NCBI RefSeq assembly: GCF_009914755.1 | Contig: NC_060940.1 | Length of the DNA: 64,000 nt | From: the human T2T-CHM13v2.0 reference genome, Homo sapiens | Reading direction: 5' to 3' (one strand) | In this document: positions 44,032 through 60,121 of the stretch, one piece after another | Layout: the number at the start of each line of letters is the position of its first letter | Numbering within the stretch: position 1 is the stretch's first letter | Notes under the pieces: generated by a model | What the model was told of the DNA's origin: nothing | The model's database searches: none | What the model saw: the letters and a program-made list of their open reading frames with translations, nothing else | Position numbers and translations under genes: made by a program

Positions 44032-47000
44032 CACTCGATTCCATTTGATGATTATTCCATTGGAGTCCACTTAGTGAATCCTTTAGATTCTACTCGACGA
44101 TGATTCCATTCGAGTCCATTCGATGATACCATTCAATTTCATTCGTTGATGCTTCCATTCAAGTGCATTCGATGATATCATTCGATTCCATTTGATGATA
44201 ATTCCATTTGATTCCATGCGATGATTCTATTCGATTCCATTCAATGATAATTCCATTCAATTCAGTGATTCCTCTGGACTCCATTTGATGATGATTCCAT
44301 TCAATGATTCCATTCGATTCTATTCCAAAATGATTCCATTTGAATCCATTTGATGATGATTCCATTAGATTCCATTTGATGATTCCATTCGATTGCCTTT
44401 GACGATGATTCCATTCGATTCCATTTGATGATTCCATTCTATTCTATTCGATGATGATTCCATTCGATTCCATTTGATGATGATTGGATTCGATTCCATT
44501 TGATGATTTCATTTGATTCCATTCTTTAATGATTTCGATCAATTCCATTCGATGATTCCATTTGATTCCATTCGATAATGATTACATCCGAGTCCATTCG
44601 ATCATTCCATTTGAGCCCGTTCGATAATTCCATTTGAGTCCAATCAATGATTCCATTCATTTCCATTCAATGATTCCATTCGAGTCCATTTGATCATTCT
44701 GGTAGGGTCCGTTCGATGTTGATTCCATTGGAGTGCATTCGATAATTCCATTCGAGTCCATTTTATGATTTGATTCGAGTCCTTTCGATGATTCCATTCG
44801 ATTCCACTCGATGATGATTTCATTCGAGTCCATTCGACACTTCCAATCGATTCCATTTGATGTTTCCATTCGAGTCCAATTGATGATTCCATTCAATTCC
44901 ATTCGATGATGATTCCGTACGATTCCATTCTGTGATGATTCCATGTGATTGCATTCAATGATGATTCCTTTCGATTGCATTCGATTATGATTCATTTCGT
45001 GTTCATTCTATGGTTCCACAGGTTTCCATTCGATGACGTTTCCGTTCGTGTCCATTCCATTATTCCATTCTATTTCATTTGATGATGATTCCATTCGATT
45101 CCATTCATTGGTGATTCCACTCAATTCCATTCAATGATTCCATTCCATTTCTTTCAACAATGATTCCATTAGTTTCTATTCGACGATCCACTTGATTCCA
45201 TTTGGCGATGATTCCATTCGTGTCCATTCGATGATTCCATTTGATTCCATATGATGATGATTCCATTCGATTCCATACCATGATGATTCCATTCGAGTCC
45301 ATTCAATGGTGATTCCATTCAATTCCATTCGATGATTCCTTCCGATTCCATTCGATGATGATAGCATTCGATTCCTTTCAATCATTCCCTTTGATTCCAT
45401 TCAAAGGTGATTTCATTCAAGTCCATTCGATAATTGCATTCGATTCCATTCTATGATGATTCCATTCGAGTCCATTTGATGATTCCATTCAATTCAAGTC
45501 AATGATGATTCCATTCAATTCCACTCGATGATTCCAGTGGATTCCATTCGATGATGATTCCATTCAAATCCATTCGATAATTCAATTCAAGTCCATTCGA
45601 TGATGATTCCAATCGAATCCATTCAAAGATTCCATTCAATTCCATTCGATGATGATTCCCTTAGATTCCATTCGATGATTCCACTTGATTCCATTTACGA
45701 TGATTCCATTCGATTCCATGTGATGAATCCATTCAATTCTATTCAATGATGTTTCCATTTGATTCCATTGGACCATGATTGCCTTTGATTCCATTCAATG
45801 ATTCCATTCGGTTCCATTTGATGATGATTTCGTTCGATTCCATTTCATTATTCCATTTGATTCCATTGGATGAGTCCATTCGATTACATTCGATGATTAT
45901 TCCATTCGAGTGCATTAGATGATTGCATTCGAGTCCATTCGATGATTCCATTCGATTCCATTCGATGTTGATTCTGTTCAAATCCATTCGATGATTCCAC
46001 TCGATTCCAATCGATGACTCCATTTGATCCCATTCGATGATTTCCTGTGATTCCCTTTGATGATCATTCTATTTGATTCAATTCGGTGATTTCATTTCAT
46101 TCCATTCAGTGATGTTTCCATTCGACTGTATTCGATGATGATTCCATTCGACTCCATTCGATTATGATTTCATTCAATTCCATTCAATAATGATTCCCTT
46201 CGAGTCCATTCGATGATTCCATTCGATTCCATTCAACGATGATTTGATTCGTTTCCATTCGATGATTCCATTTGATTCCACTTGATGATGATTCCATTCG
46301 AGTCCATTTGATGATTCCATTCGAGTCTATTTATGTATTATATTCGTGTCCACTTCATGATTCCATTCAATTCCATTTAATGTTGATTCCATTTGATTCC
46401 ATTTGATGATTCAGTTCGATTCCTTGCAATGATTCCCTACGATTCCTTTCTCTGATGATTCCATTCGATTCCATTCATTGATGATTTCATTCGACTCCAT
46501 TCGATGATGATTCCTTTCGATTCCATTTGACGATGTTTCCATTCGAGTCCATTCGATGATGATTCTATTCAATTCTGTTCTATTATGATTCCATTCGATT
46601 TCATTCAATGCTTCTATTTGATTCCATTCGATGATGATTCCATCTCTTTCCCTTCGATGATTCCATTTGATTCCATTCAGTGATGATTCCATTTGATTCC
46701 ATCTGATGATGATTTCACTTGATTCCTTTCAATGATGATTCAATTCAAGTCCATTCGATGATTCCATTGGAGTCCAAACGATCATTCCGTTCGATTCCAT
46801 TCAATGGTGATTCCATTCATGTCCATTCGATGAATCCATTCAATTCCATTCGATGATGACTCCATTCGAGTACATTCGATGATTCCATTTGATTCCATTT
46901 GAAGATGATTCCATTCAATTCCATTCGAAGATGATTCCATTCAATTCCATTCGATGATGATTCCGTATGAATCCATTCTCTGATTATTCCATTCGATTCC

Positions 47001-50000
47001 ATTCATTGACGATTCCATTCAATTCCATTCAATGATGATTCTCTTCTATTCCATTCGATGATTCCGGTCGATTCCATTCGATGATGATTCCATTAGATTC
47101 CATTCGATTGTTGCATTCGATTCCCTTCGATGATGATTCCTTTGAATTCCATTCGATTATCATTCCGTATGAATCCATTTGATGATTATTCCATTGGATT
47201 CCTTTCGATGATGATTCCATTCGATTCCATTTGATGATGTTTCTCTTGTATTCCATTGGATAATTCCTTTCCGTTCCCTTCGATGATTATTCTTTCGAGT
47301 CAATTCGATGATTCTATTCCATTCCCTTCGATGATGATTCCATTTCACTCCATTTGATGATTCCATTCGACTCAATTTGGTGATGATTCAATTCGATGAC
47401 ATTCGATGACTCCATTCAATTTCATTTGATGATGATTACATTCGAGTCCATTTGATGATTGTATTCCTTTCCTTTTGATGATTATTCCATTCGTGTCTAT
47501 TCAAAGGTTCCATTCTATTCCATTCAATGATGATTGCATTTGATTCCATTCAATGATTATGGCTATCGATTCCACTCGTTGATTCCATTTGATTCCGTTC
47601 GATGATTATTCCGTTAGATTCCATTAGAAGATTCCATTCGATTTTATTCAATGATTCCAATGGATTCCATTCAATGATGATTCCATTCGACTCCATTCAG
47701 TGATTCCATTCGAGTCCATTTGATGATTCCATTCTTTTCCATTTGATGATGATTCCATTAGGGTCCATTCAATGATTCCATTCGAGTCCATTCGTTAATG
47801 CCTTTCGAGTCCTTTTGATCACTACATTCGAGTCCATTCAATGATTCTATTCGATTCCATTCCATGATGATTCCATTCGAGTTCATTCGATGATTGCATT
47901 CGAGTCCATTTGATGATTCCATATGATTCCATTCGACAATGATTCCATTCGTGTCCATTTGATGATTCCATTCATTTCCTATCGATGAAGATTCCATTCA
48001 AGTGTATTCGATGATTCCATTCAAATCCATTCGATGATGATTCCATTCCAGTCCATTCGATCATTCCACTTGATTCCATTTGATGACTATTCCATTCAAA
48101 TCCATTTGATGATTCCATTCGATTCCATTCGATGTTACCATTCGAGTATATACGATGATTCCACTCGATTCCATTTGATGATTCCATTCGAGTCCATTTA
48201 ATCATTACAGTCGAGTCCATTTGGTGATTCCACCGGATTTCCTTTGATAATGATACCATTCAATTACATTTGATGATGATCCCATTCAATTTCATTTGAT
48301 GGTGATTCCATTAGAGTCCATTCGATGATTTCATTCGAGTCCCTTCATTGATTCCATCTGATTTCATTGGATGATGACTCCATTCGAGTCCATTCGATGA
48401 TTCCACTCGATTCCATTAGATGATTCCATTGGAGTCCATTTGATTGTTCCATTCGATTCCATTCGATTCCTTTCGAAGATTATTCCATTTGAGTCCATTC
48501 GATGATGATTCCATTCCATTCCATTCGATGATTCCGTTTGATTCCATTCGATGATTCCCTTCGATTCCTTTCTTTGATGATTCCATTCCATTCCATTCAA
48601 TGATTCCATTCGAATCTATTCCATGATGATTCCTTTCGATTCCATTCGCTGATGTTTCCGTTCAATTCCATTCGATGATGATTCCATTCGATTCCATTCA
48701 TTGAGGATTCCATTTGATTCCATTCAATGATGATTCCGTTCTATTCCATTCAATGATTGCATTCAATTCCATTCAATGATTATCCCCTTAGAGTAAACTC
48801 AACGATTCCATTCAATACCATTCGATGATGATTCCTTTTGAGTCCATTCAATGATTTCATTCAAGTCCACTTGATGATTCCTTTCAATTCCATTCTATGA
48901 TGATTCCATTCGAGTCCATTCGATGATTCCATTCGATTGCATTCGATGATTCCATTATATTCCAGTCAACGATGATTCCATTCGAGTCCATTCGATGATT
49001 CCATTAGAGTACATTTAATGATTGCTTTGTTTTCAATTCGAAGATGATTACATTGGATTCCATTCTATGATACCATTCGATTCCATTCAATGATGATTCC
49101 ACTCAAATCCATTGGATGATTCCATTCGTGTCCATTCGGTGATTTCATTAGATTCCATTCGAGGATGATTCCATTCGATTCCATTCGATGATTCCATTCA
49201 ATTCCATTCGATTATGATTCCATTCCAGTCCATATGATCATTCCATTTGATTTCATTCGATGATGATTCCATTCGATTCCATTCGATGATTCCATTCTAT
49301 TCCATTCGATGATGATTCCATTCGAGTCCATTCGATGATTCCATTCGAGTCCATTTAATGATTCCATTGGGTTCAATTCAATGATGATTACATTGGATTC
49401 CGTTCTATGATTCCATTCAATTCCGTTCATTGACAATTTGATTCCATTCGATGATGATTCCATTTGAGTTCATTCGATGATTCTATTCGATTCTCTTCGA
49501 TGGTGATTCAATTCTATTATATTGGATGATTCCATTCGATTCCATTTGATGTTGATTCAATTCGATTCTATTCGATGATGATTCCATTGGATTTCACTTG
49601 ATGATTCTATTCGATTCCATTCAATGATGATTCACTTCTCGTCCATTGGATGATTCCATTTCATTCCATTCGATGATGATTCCATTCGATTCCATTCGAT
49701 GATTCCATTTGATTCCATGTGACGGTGAGCAATTCGATTCAATTCCATGATGATTCTATTTGATTCAATTAGATGATGTTTCCATTCGAATCCATTCCAT
49801 GATTATTCCATTGGAATCCATTTGGCGATGATTCCATATGAGTCAATTCAATGATGATTCCATATGGGTCCGTTCGATGATAATTCCATTTGATTTCATT
49901 CAATGCTTCTATTCTATTCCAGTCGATGATGATTCCGTTGGAGTCCATACGATGATTCCATTTGATTTCATTTGATGATGATTCCATTCGATGATGATTA

Positions 50001-53000
50001 CATTGGATTCCATTCTATGATTCCATTCAATTCCATTCGTTGATGATTCGATTCCATTCAATGATGATTCCATTTGAGTTCATTCGATGATTCTATTCGA
50101 TTCCGTTCGATGGTGATTCAATTCTATTATATTGGATGATTCCACTCTATTCCATTTGATGATTATTCCATTGGAGTCCACTTAGTGAATCCTTTAGATT
50201 CTACTCGACGATGATTCCATTCGAGTCCATTCGATGATACCATTCAATTTCATTCGTTGATGCTTCCATTCAAGTGCATTCGATGATATCATTCGATTCC
50301 ATTTGATGATAATTCCATTTGATTCCATGCGATGATTCTATTCGATTCCATTCAATGATAATTCCATTCAATTCAGTGATTCCTCTGGACTCCATTTGAT
50401 GATGATTCCATTCAATGATTCCATTCGATTCTATTCCAAAATGATTCCATTTGAATCCATTTGATGATGATTCCATTAGATTCCATTTGATGATTCCATT
50501 CGATTGCCTTTGACGATGATTCCATTCGATTCCATTTGATGATTCCATTCTATTCTATTCGATGATGATTCCATTCGATTCCATTTGATGATGATTGGAT
50601 TCGATTCCATTTGATGATTTCATTTGATTCCATTCTTTAATGATTTCGATCAATTCCATTCGATGATTCCATTTGATTCCATTCGATAATGATTACATCC
50701 GAGTCCATTCGATCATTCCATTTGAGCCCGTTCGATAATTCCATTTGAGTCCAATCAATGATTCCATTCATTTCCATTCAATGATTCCATTCGAGTCCAT
50801 TTGATCATTCTGGTAGGGTCCGTTCGATGTTGATTCCATTGGAGTGCATTCGATAATTCCATTCGAGTCCATTTTATGATTTGATTCGAGTCCTTTCGAT
50901 GATTCCATTCGATTCCACTCGATGATGATTTCATTCGAGTCCATTCGACACTTCCAATCGATTCCATTTGATGTTTCCATTCGAGTCCAATTGATGATTC
51001 CATTCAATTCCATTCGATGATGATTCCGTACGATTCCATTCTGTGATGATTCCATGTGATTGCATTCAATGATGATTCCTTTCGATTGCATTCGATTATG
51101 ATTCATTTCGTGTTCATTCTATGGTTCCACAGGTTTCCATTCGATGACGTTTCCGTTCGTGTCCATTCCATTATTCCATTCTATTTCATTTGATGATGAT
51201 TCCATTCGATTCCATTCATTGGTGATTCCACTCAATTCCATTCAATGATTCCATTCCATTTCTTTCAACAATGATTCCATTAGTTTCTATTCGACGATCC
51301 ACTTGATTCCATTTGGCGATGATTCCATTCGTGTCCATTCGATGATTCCATTTGATTCCATATGATGATGATTCCATTCGATTCCATACCATGATGATTC
51401 CATTCGAGTCCATTCAATGGTGATTCCATTCAATTCCATTCGATGATTCCTTCCGATTCCATTCGATGATGATAGCATTCGATTCCTTTCAATCATTCCC
51501 TTTGATTCCATTCAAAGGTGATTTCATTCAAGTCCATTCGATAATTGCATTCGATTCCATTCTATGATGATTCCATTCGAGTCCATTTGATGATTCCATT
51601 CAATTCAAGTCAATGATGATTCCATTCAATTCCACTCGATGATTCCAGTGGATTCCATTCGATGATGATTCCATTCAAATCCATTCGATAATTCAATTCA
51701 AGTCCATTCGATGATGATTCCAATCGAATCCATTCAAAGATTCCATTCAATTCCATTCGATGATGATTCCCTTAGATTCCATTCGATGATTCCACTTGAT
51801 TCCATTTACGATGATTCCATTCGATTCCATGTGATGAATCCATTCAATTCTATTCAATGATGTTTCCATTTGATTCCATTGGACCATGATTGCCTTTGAT
51901 TCCATTCAATGATTCCATTCGGTTCCATTTGATGATGATTTCGTTCGATTCCATTTCATTATTCCATTTGATTCCATTGGATGAGTCCATTCGATTACAT
52001 TCGATGATTATTCCATTCGAGTGCATTAGATGATTGCATTCGAGTCCATTCGATGATTCCATTCGATTCCATTCGATGTTGATTCTGTTCAAATCCATTC
52101 GATGATTCCACTCGATTCCAATCGATGACTCCATTTGATCCCATTCGATGATTTCCTGTGATTCCCTTTGATGATCATTCTATTTGATTCAATTCGGTGA
52201 TTTCATTTCATTCCATTCAGTGATGTTTCCATTCGACTGTATTCGATGATGATTCCATTCGACTCCATTCGATTATGATTTCATTCAATTCCATTCAATA
52301 ATGATTCCCTTCGAGTCCATTCGATGATTCCATTCGATTCCATTCAACGATGATTTGATTCGTTTCCATTCGATGATTCCATTTGATTCCACTTGATGAT
52401 GATTCCATTCGAGTCCATTTGATGATTCCATTCGAGTCTATTTATGTATTATATTCGTGTCCACTTCATGATTCCATTCAATTCCATTTAATGTTGATTC
52501 CATTTGATTCCATTTGATGATTCAGTTCGATTCCTTGCAATGATTCCCTACGATTCCTTTCTCTGATGATTCCATTCGATTCCATTCATTGATGATTTCA
52601 TTCGACTCCATTCGATGATGATTCCTTTCGATTCCATTTGACGATGTTTCCATTCGAGTCCATTCGATGATGATTCTATTCAATTCTGTTCTATTATGAT
52701 TCCATTCGATTTCATTCAATGCTTCTATTTGATTCCATTCGATGATGATTCCATCTCTTTCCCTTCGATGATTCCATTTGATTCCATTCAGTGATGATTC
52801 CATTTGATTCCATCTGATGATGATTTCACTTGATTCCTTTCAATGATGATTCAATTCAAGTCCATTCGATGATTCCATTGGAGTCCAAACGATCATTCCG
52901 TTCGATTCCATTCAATGGTGATTCCATTCATGTCCATTCGATGAATCCATTCAATTCCATTCGATGATGACTCCATTCGAGTACATTCGATGATTCCATT

Positions 53001-54275
53001 TGATTCCATTTGAAGATGATTCCATTCAATTCCATTCGAAGATGATTCCATTCAATTCCATTCGATGATGATTCCGTATGAATCCATTCTCTGATTATTC
53101 CATTCGATTCCATTCATTGACGATTCCATTCAATTCCATTCAATGATGATTCTCTTCTATTCCATTCGATGATTCCGGTCGATTCCATTCGATGATGATT
53201 CCATTAGATTCCATTCGATTGTTGCATTCGATTCCCTTCGATGATGATTCCTTTGAATTCCATTCGATTATCATTCCGTATGAATCCATTTGATGATTAT
53301 TCCATTGGATTCCTTTCGATGATGATTCCATTCGATTCCATTTGATGATGTTTCTCTTGTATTCCATTGGATAATTCCTTTCCGTTCCCTTCGATGATTA
53401 TTCTTTCGAGTCAATTCGATGATTCTATTCCATTCCCTTCGATGATGATTCCATTTCACTCCATTTGATGATTCCATTCGACTCAATTTGGTGATGATTC
53501 AATTCGATGACATTCGATGACTCCATTCAATTTCATTTGATGATGATTACATTCGAGTCCATTTGATGATTGTATTCCTTTCCTTTTGATGATTATTCCA
53601 TTCGTGTCTATTCAAAGGTTCCATTCTATTCCATTCAATGATGATTGCATTTGATTCCATTCAATGATTATGGCTATCGATTCCACTCGTTGATTCCATT
53701 TGATTCCGTTCGATGATTATTCCGTTAGATTCCATTAGAAGATTCCATTCGATTTTATTCAATGATTCCAATGGATTCCATTCAATGATGATTCCATTCG
53801 ACTCCATTCAGTGATTCCATTCGAGTCCATTTGATGATTCCATTCTTTTCCATTTGATGATGATTCCATTAGGGTCCATTCAATGATTCCATTCGAGTCC
53901 ATTCGTTAATGCCTTTCGAGTCCTTTTGATCACTACATTCGAGTCCATTCAATGATTCTATTCGATTCCATTCCATGATGATTCCATTCGAGTTCATTCG
54001 ATGATTGCATTCGAGTCCATTTGATGATTCCATATGATTCCATTCGACAATGATTCCATTCGTGTCCATTTGATGATTCCATTCATTTCCTATCGATGAA
54101 GATTCCATTCAAGTGTATTCGATGATTCCATTCAAATCCATTCGATGATGATTCCATTCCAGTCCATTCGATCATTCCACTTGATTCCATTTGATGACTA
54201 TTCCATTCAAATCCATTTGATGATTCCATTCGATTCCATTCGATGTTACCATTCGAGTATATACGATGATTCCAC
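42054..54275 (+). repeat. Near-perfect 6111-bp tandem duplication (42054-48164 / 48165-54275)
   Basis: ORFs from 42253 to 47758 recur at exactly +6111 with identical translations. The junction lies at 48165-48183. Confidence 0.93.
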
Positions 54276-57200
54276 TCGATTCCATTTGATGATTATTCCA
54301 TTGGAGTCCACTTAGTGAATCCTTTAGATTCTACTGGAAGATGATTCCATTCGAGTCCATTCGATGATACCATTCAATTCCATTCGTTGATGCTTCCATT
54401 CAAGTGCATTCGATGATATCATTCGATTCCATTTGATGATAATTCCATTTGATTCCATGCGATGATTCTATTCGATTCCATTCAATGATAATTCCATTCA
54501 ATTCAGTGATTCCTCTGGACTCCATTTGATGATGATTCCATTCAATGATTCCATTCGATTATATTCGAAAATGATTCCATTTGAATCCATTTGATGATGA
54601 TTCCATTGGATTCAATTTGATGATTCCATTCGATTCCATTCGATGATGATTCCATTCGATTCCTTTTGATGAATCCATTCTATTGTATTCGATGATGATT
54701 CCATTCGATTCCATTCGATGATGATTGGATTCGATTCCATTTGATGATTTCATTTGATTCCATTCGATAATGATTTCGATCAATTCCATTCGATGATTCC
54801 ATTCGATTCCATTCGATAATGATTACATCCGAGTCCATTCGATGATTCCATTTGAGCCCGTTCGATAATTCCATTTGAGTCCAATCAATGATTCCATTCA
54901 TTTCCATTCAATGATTCCATTCGAGTCCATTTGATCATTCCGGTAGGGTCCGTTCGATGTTGATTCCATTGGAGTGCATTCGATGATTCCATTCGAGTCC
55001 ATTTTAGGATTTGATTCGAGTCCTTTCGATGATTCCATTCGATTCCACTCGATGATTTCATTCGAGTCCATTCGACACTTCCAATCGATTCCATTTGATG
55101 TTTCCATTCGATTCCAATTGATGATTCCATTCAATTCCATTCGATGATGATTCCGTACGATTCCATTCTGTGATGATTCCATGTGATTGCATTCAATGAT
55201 GATTCCTTTCGATTGCATTCGATTATGATTCATTTCGTGTTCATTCTATGGTTCCACAGGTTTCCATTCGATGATGTTTCCATTCGTGTCCATTCCATTA
55301 TTCCATTCTATTCCATTTGGAGACGATTCCATTCGATTCCATTCATTGGTGATTCCACTCAATTCCATTCAATGATTCCATTCCATTTCTTTCAACAATG
55401 ATTCCATTAGTTTCTATTCGATGATCCACTTGATTCCATTTGACGATGATTCCATTCGTGTCCATTCGATGATTCCACTTGATTCCATATGATGATGATT
55501 CCATTCGATTCCATACGATGATGATTCCATTCGAGTCCATTCAATGGTGATTCCATTCAATTCCATTCGATGATTCCTTTCGATTCCATTCAATGATGAT
55601 GGCATTCGATTCCTTTCGATCATTCCCTTTGATTCCATTCAAAGGTGATTTCATTCAAGTCCATTCGATAATTGCATTCGATTCCATTCTATGATGATTC
55701 CATTCGAGTCCATTTGATGATTCCATTCAATTCAAGTCAATGATGATTCCATTCGATTCCACTCGATGATTCCATTGGATTCCATTCGATGATGATTCCA
55801 TTCAAATCCATCGATAATTCAATTCAAGTCCATTCGATGATGATTCCAATCGAATCCATTCAAAGATTCCACTCAATTCCATTCGATGATGATTCCCTTA
55901 GATTCCATTTGATGATTCCACTTGATTCCATTTACGATGATTCCATTCGATTCCATGTGATGATTCCATTCAATTCTATTCAATGATGTTTCCACTTGAT
56001 TCCATTCGAACATGATTGCCTTTGATTCCATTCAATGATTCCATACGGTTCCATTTGATGATGATTCCATTCGAGTGCATTAGATGATTCCATTCGAGTC
56101 CATTCGATGATTCCATTCGATTCCATTCGATGTTGATTCTGTTCAAATCCATTCGATGATTCCACTCGATTCCATTCGATGACTCCATTTGATCCCATTC
56201 GATGATTTCCTTTGATTCCCTTTGATGATCATTCCATTTGATTCAATTCGGTGATTTCATTTGATTCCATTCAGTGATGTTTCCATTCGACTCCATTCGA
56301 TGATGATTCCATTCGACTCCATTCGATTATGATTTCATTCAATTCCATTCGATAATGATTCCCTTCGAGTCCATTCGATGATTCCATTCGATTCCATTCA
56401 ACGATGATTTGATTCGTGTCCATTCGATGATTCCGTTTGATTCCATTTGATGATGATTCCATTCGAGTCCCTTTGATGATTCCATTCAATTCCATTCTCC
56501 GATGATTTCTTTTGAGCCCATTCAATGCTTCCACTCGATTCCATATGATGACTCCATTTGATGAAATTCCATGATGATTCCATTCGCTTGCATTCGATGA
56601 TGATTCCACTTGAGTCCGTTAGAAGATTCTATTCAATTACATTCCATGACGATTCTGTTCGAGTCCATTTGATGATTCCATTAGACTCCATTCGACGATG
56701 ATTCCATTCGATGTTATTCGATGATGATTCCATTCAACTCCATTCGATGTTTCCATTCGAGTTCATTCTATTATTCCATTAGATTCCATTCGATGATGAT
56801 TCCATTCGATTCCATTTGATGATTGCATTCTATTTCATTTGATGATGATTCCATTCGAGTCCATTCGATGATTCCATTCGAGTCCATTTAATGAATCCAT
56901 TGGTTTCAATTCTATGATGATTACATTGGATTCCATTCGTTGATGATTTCATTCGATTCCATTCAATGATGATTCCATTCAATTCCATTCAATGATTCCA
57001 TTCAATTCCATACGATGATGATTCCATTTGATTTGATTCGACAGTGAGCCATTCGATTCAATTCCATGATGATTCTATTTGATTCAATTGGTTGACATTT
57101 CCATTCGATTCCATTCGATGATGATTCCATTTGATTCCATTCAAAGATGATTCCATTCTAGCCCATTCAATCATTCCATTCGATTCTATTCAATGATGAT

Positions 57201-60121
57201 TCCATTCATGTCGATTTGGTGATTCCATTTGACTTCATTTGATGATGATTCCTTTCAAGTTCATTAGATGATTCCATTCGATTCCATTTGATGATGATCC
57301 CATTCGAGTCCATTCAGTGATTCCACTCGTTTCCATTCCATGATGATTCCATTCCATTCCATTCAATGATTCCATTCGATTCCGTTTGATGATGATTTCA
57401 TTCGAGTCCATTTGATGATTCCATTTGATTCCATTCGATGATGATTACATTCGAGTCCATACGATGATTCCACTCAATTCCATATGATGATGATTCCATT
57501 CGATTCCATTCGATGATTCCATTCTATTCTATTCAATGGTGATTCCATTCGAGTACATTAGATGATTCCATTCGATTCCATTCAATGATGATTCTATTTG
57601 TGTCCCTTAGATGGTTCCACATGATTCCATTTCATGATGATACTATTTGAGCCCATCCAATGATTCCCTTCGATTCCATTCGATGAGGATTCCATTCGAT
57701 TCAATTCATTGGTGATTCTATTCAATCCAATTCTTTGATTCCATTCCATTCCATTCGACAATGATTCCATTCGATTTCTTTCGATGATTCCACTCGATTC
57801 CACTTGACATTGATTCCATTCGATTCCATTCAATGATTCCGTTTGATTCCAGTGGATGATGATTGCCATCGATTCCATTCGATCACTCCATTCTATTCCA
57901 TTTGATGATGATTACATTCGATTCCATTTGATGATTCCATCTGATTCTATTCGAGGATTCCATTTGATTCCATTCGATGATGATTCCATTCGAGTGCATT
58001 CGATGATTTCATTCGAGTACATCCAATGATTCCATTCGAGTCCATTTGATTTTTCCATTTAATTACATTTGATTATGATTCTACTAGAGTCCATTCAATG
58101 ACTCAATTCGAATCCATTCAACAATTCCATTCGAGGCCATTCGATGATTCCATTTCATGATTCCATTCGACTCCATTTAATCATTACAGTCGAGTCCATT
58201 TGGTGATTCCACTGGATTTCTTTTGATAATGATACCATTCAATTACATTTGATGATGATCCCATTCAATTTCATTTGATGGTGATTCCATTAGAGTCCAT
58301 TCGATGATTTCATTCGAGTCCCTTCATTGATTCCATCCGATTTCATTTGATGATGACTCCATTCGAGTCCATTCGATGATTCCACTCGATTCCATTAGAT
58401 GATTCCATTGGAGTCCATTTGATTGTTCCATTCGATTCTATTCGATTCCTTTCGAAGATTATTCCATTTGAGTCCATTCGATGATGATTCCATTCCATTC
58501 CATTCGATGATTCCGTTTGATTCCATTCGATGATTCCCTTCGATTCCTTTCTTTGATGATTCCATTCCATTCCATTCAATGATTCCATTCGAATCTATTC
58601 CATGATGATTCCTTTCGATTCCATTCGCTGATGTTTCCGTTCAATTCCATTCGATGATGATTCCATTCGATTCCATTCATTGAGGATTCCATTTGATTCC
58701 ATTCAATGATGATTCCATTCTATTCCATTCAATGATTCCATTCAATTCCATTCAATGATTATCCCCTTAGAGTAAACTCAACGATTCCATTCAATACCAT
58801 TCGATGATGATTCCTTTTGAGTCCATTCAATGATTTCATTCAAGTCCATTTGATGATTCCTTTCAATTCCATTCTATGATGATTCCATTCGAGTCCATTC
58901 GATGATTCCATTCGATTGCATTCGATGATTCCATTATATTCCATTCAACGGTGATTCCATTCGAGTCCATTCCATGATTCCATTAGAGTACATTTAATGA
59001 TTGCTTTGTTTTCAATTCGAAGATGATTACATTGGATTCCATTCTATGATACCATTCGATTCCATTCAATGATGATTCCACTCAAATCCATTGGATGATT
59101 CCATTCGTGTCCATTCGGTGATTTCATTAGATTCCATTCGAGGATGATTCCATTCGATTCCATTCGATGATTCCATTCAATTCCATTCGATGATGATTCC
59201 ATTCCAGTCCATATGATCATTCCATTTGATTTCATTCGATGATGATTCCATTCGATTCGATTCGACGATTCCATTCTATTCCATTCGATGATGATTCCAT
59301 TCGAGTCCATTCGATGATTCCATTCGAGTCCATTTAATGATTCCATTGGGTTCAATTCAATGATGATTACATTGGATTCCGTTCTATGATTCCATTCAAT
59401 TCCGTTCATTGACAATTTGATTCCATTCGATGATGATTCCATTTGAGTTCATTCGATGATTCTATTTGATTCTCTTCGATGGTGATTCAATTCTATTATA
59501 TTGGATGATTCCATTCGATTCCATTTGATGTTGATTCAATTCGATTCTATTCGATGGTGATTCCATTGGATTTCACTTCATGATTCTGTTCGATTCCATT
59601 CAATGATGATTCACTTCTCGTCCATTGGATGATTCCATTTCATTCCATTCGATGATGATTCCATTCGATTCCATTCGATGATTCCATTTGATTCCATGCG
59701 TCGGTGAGCAATTCGATTCAATTCCATGATGATTCTATTTGATTCAATTAGATGATGTTTCCATTCGAATCCATTCCATGATTATTCCATTGGAATCCAT
59801 TCGGCGATGATTCCATATGAGTCAATTCAATGATGATTCCATATGGGTCCGTTCGATGATAATTCCATTTGATTTCATTCGGTGCTTCTATTCAATTCCA
59901 GTCGATGATGATTCCGTTGGAGTCCATACGATGATTCCATTTGATTTCATTTGATGATGATTCCATTCGATGATGATTACATTGGATTCCATTCTATGAT
60001 TCCATTCAATTCCATTCGTTGATGATTCGATTCCATTCAATGATGATTCCATTTGAGTTCATTCGATGATTCTATTCGATTCCGTTCGATGGTGATTCAA
60101 TTCTCTTATATTGGATGAATC
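44032..60121 (+). repeat. ~9.9-kb higher-order repeat, copy Y (9979 bp plus 6111 bp of duplicated sequence)
   Basis: Offsets 38556->54559 = 16003 (9892 + 6111) and 44159->60249 = 16090. Confidence 0.83.
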
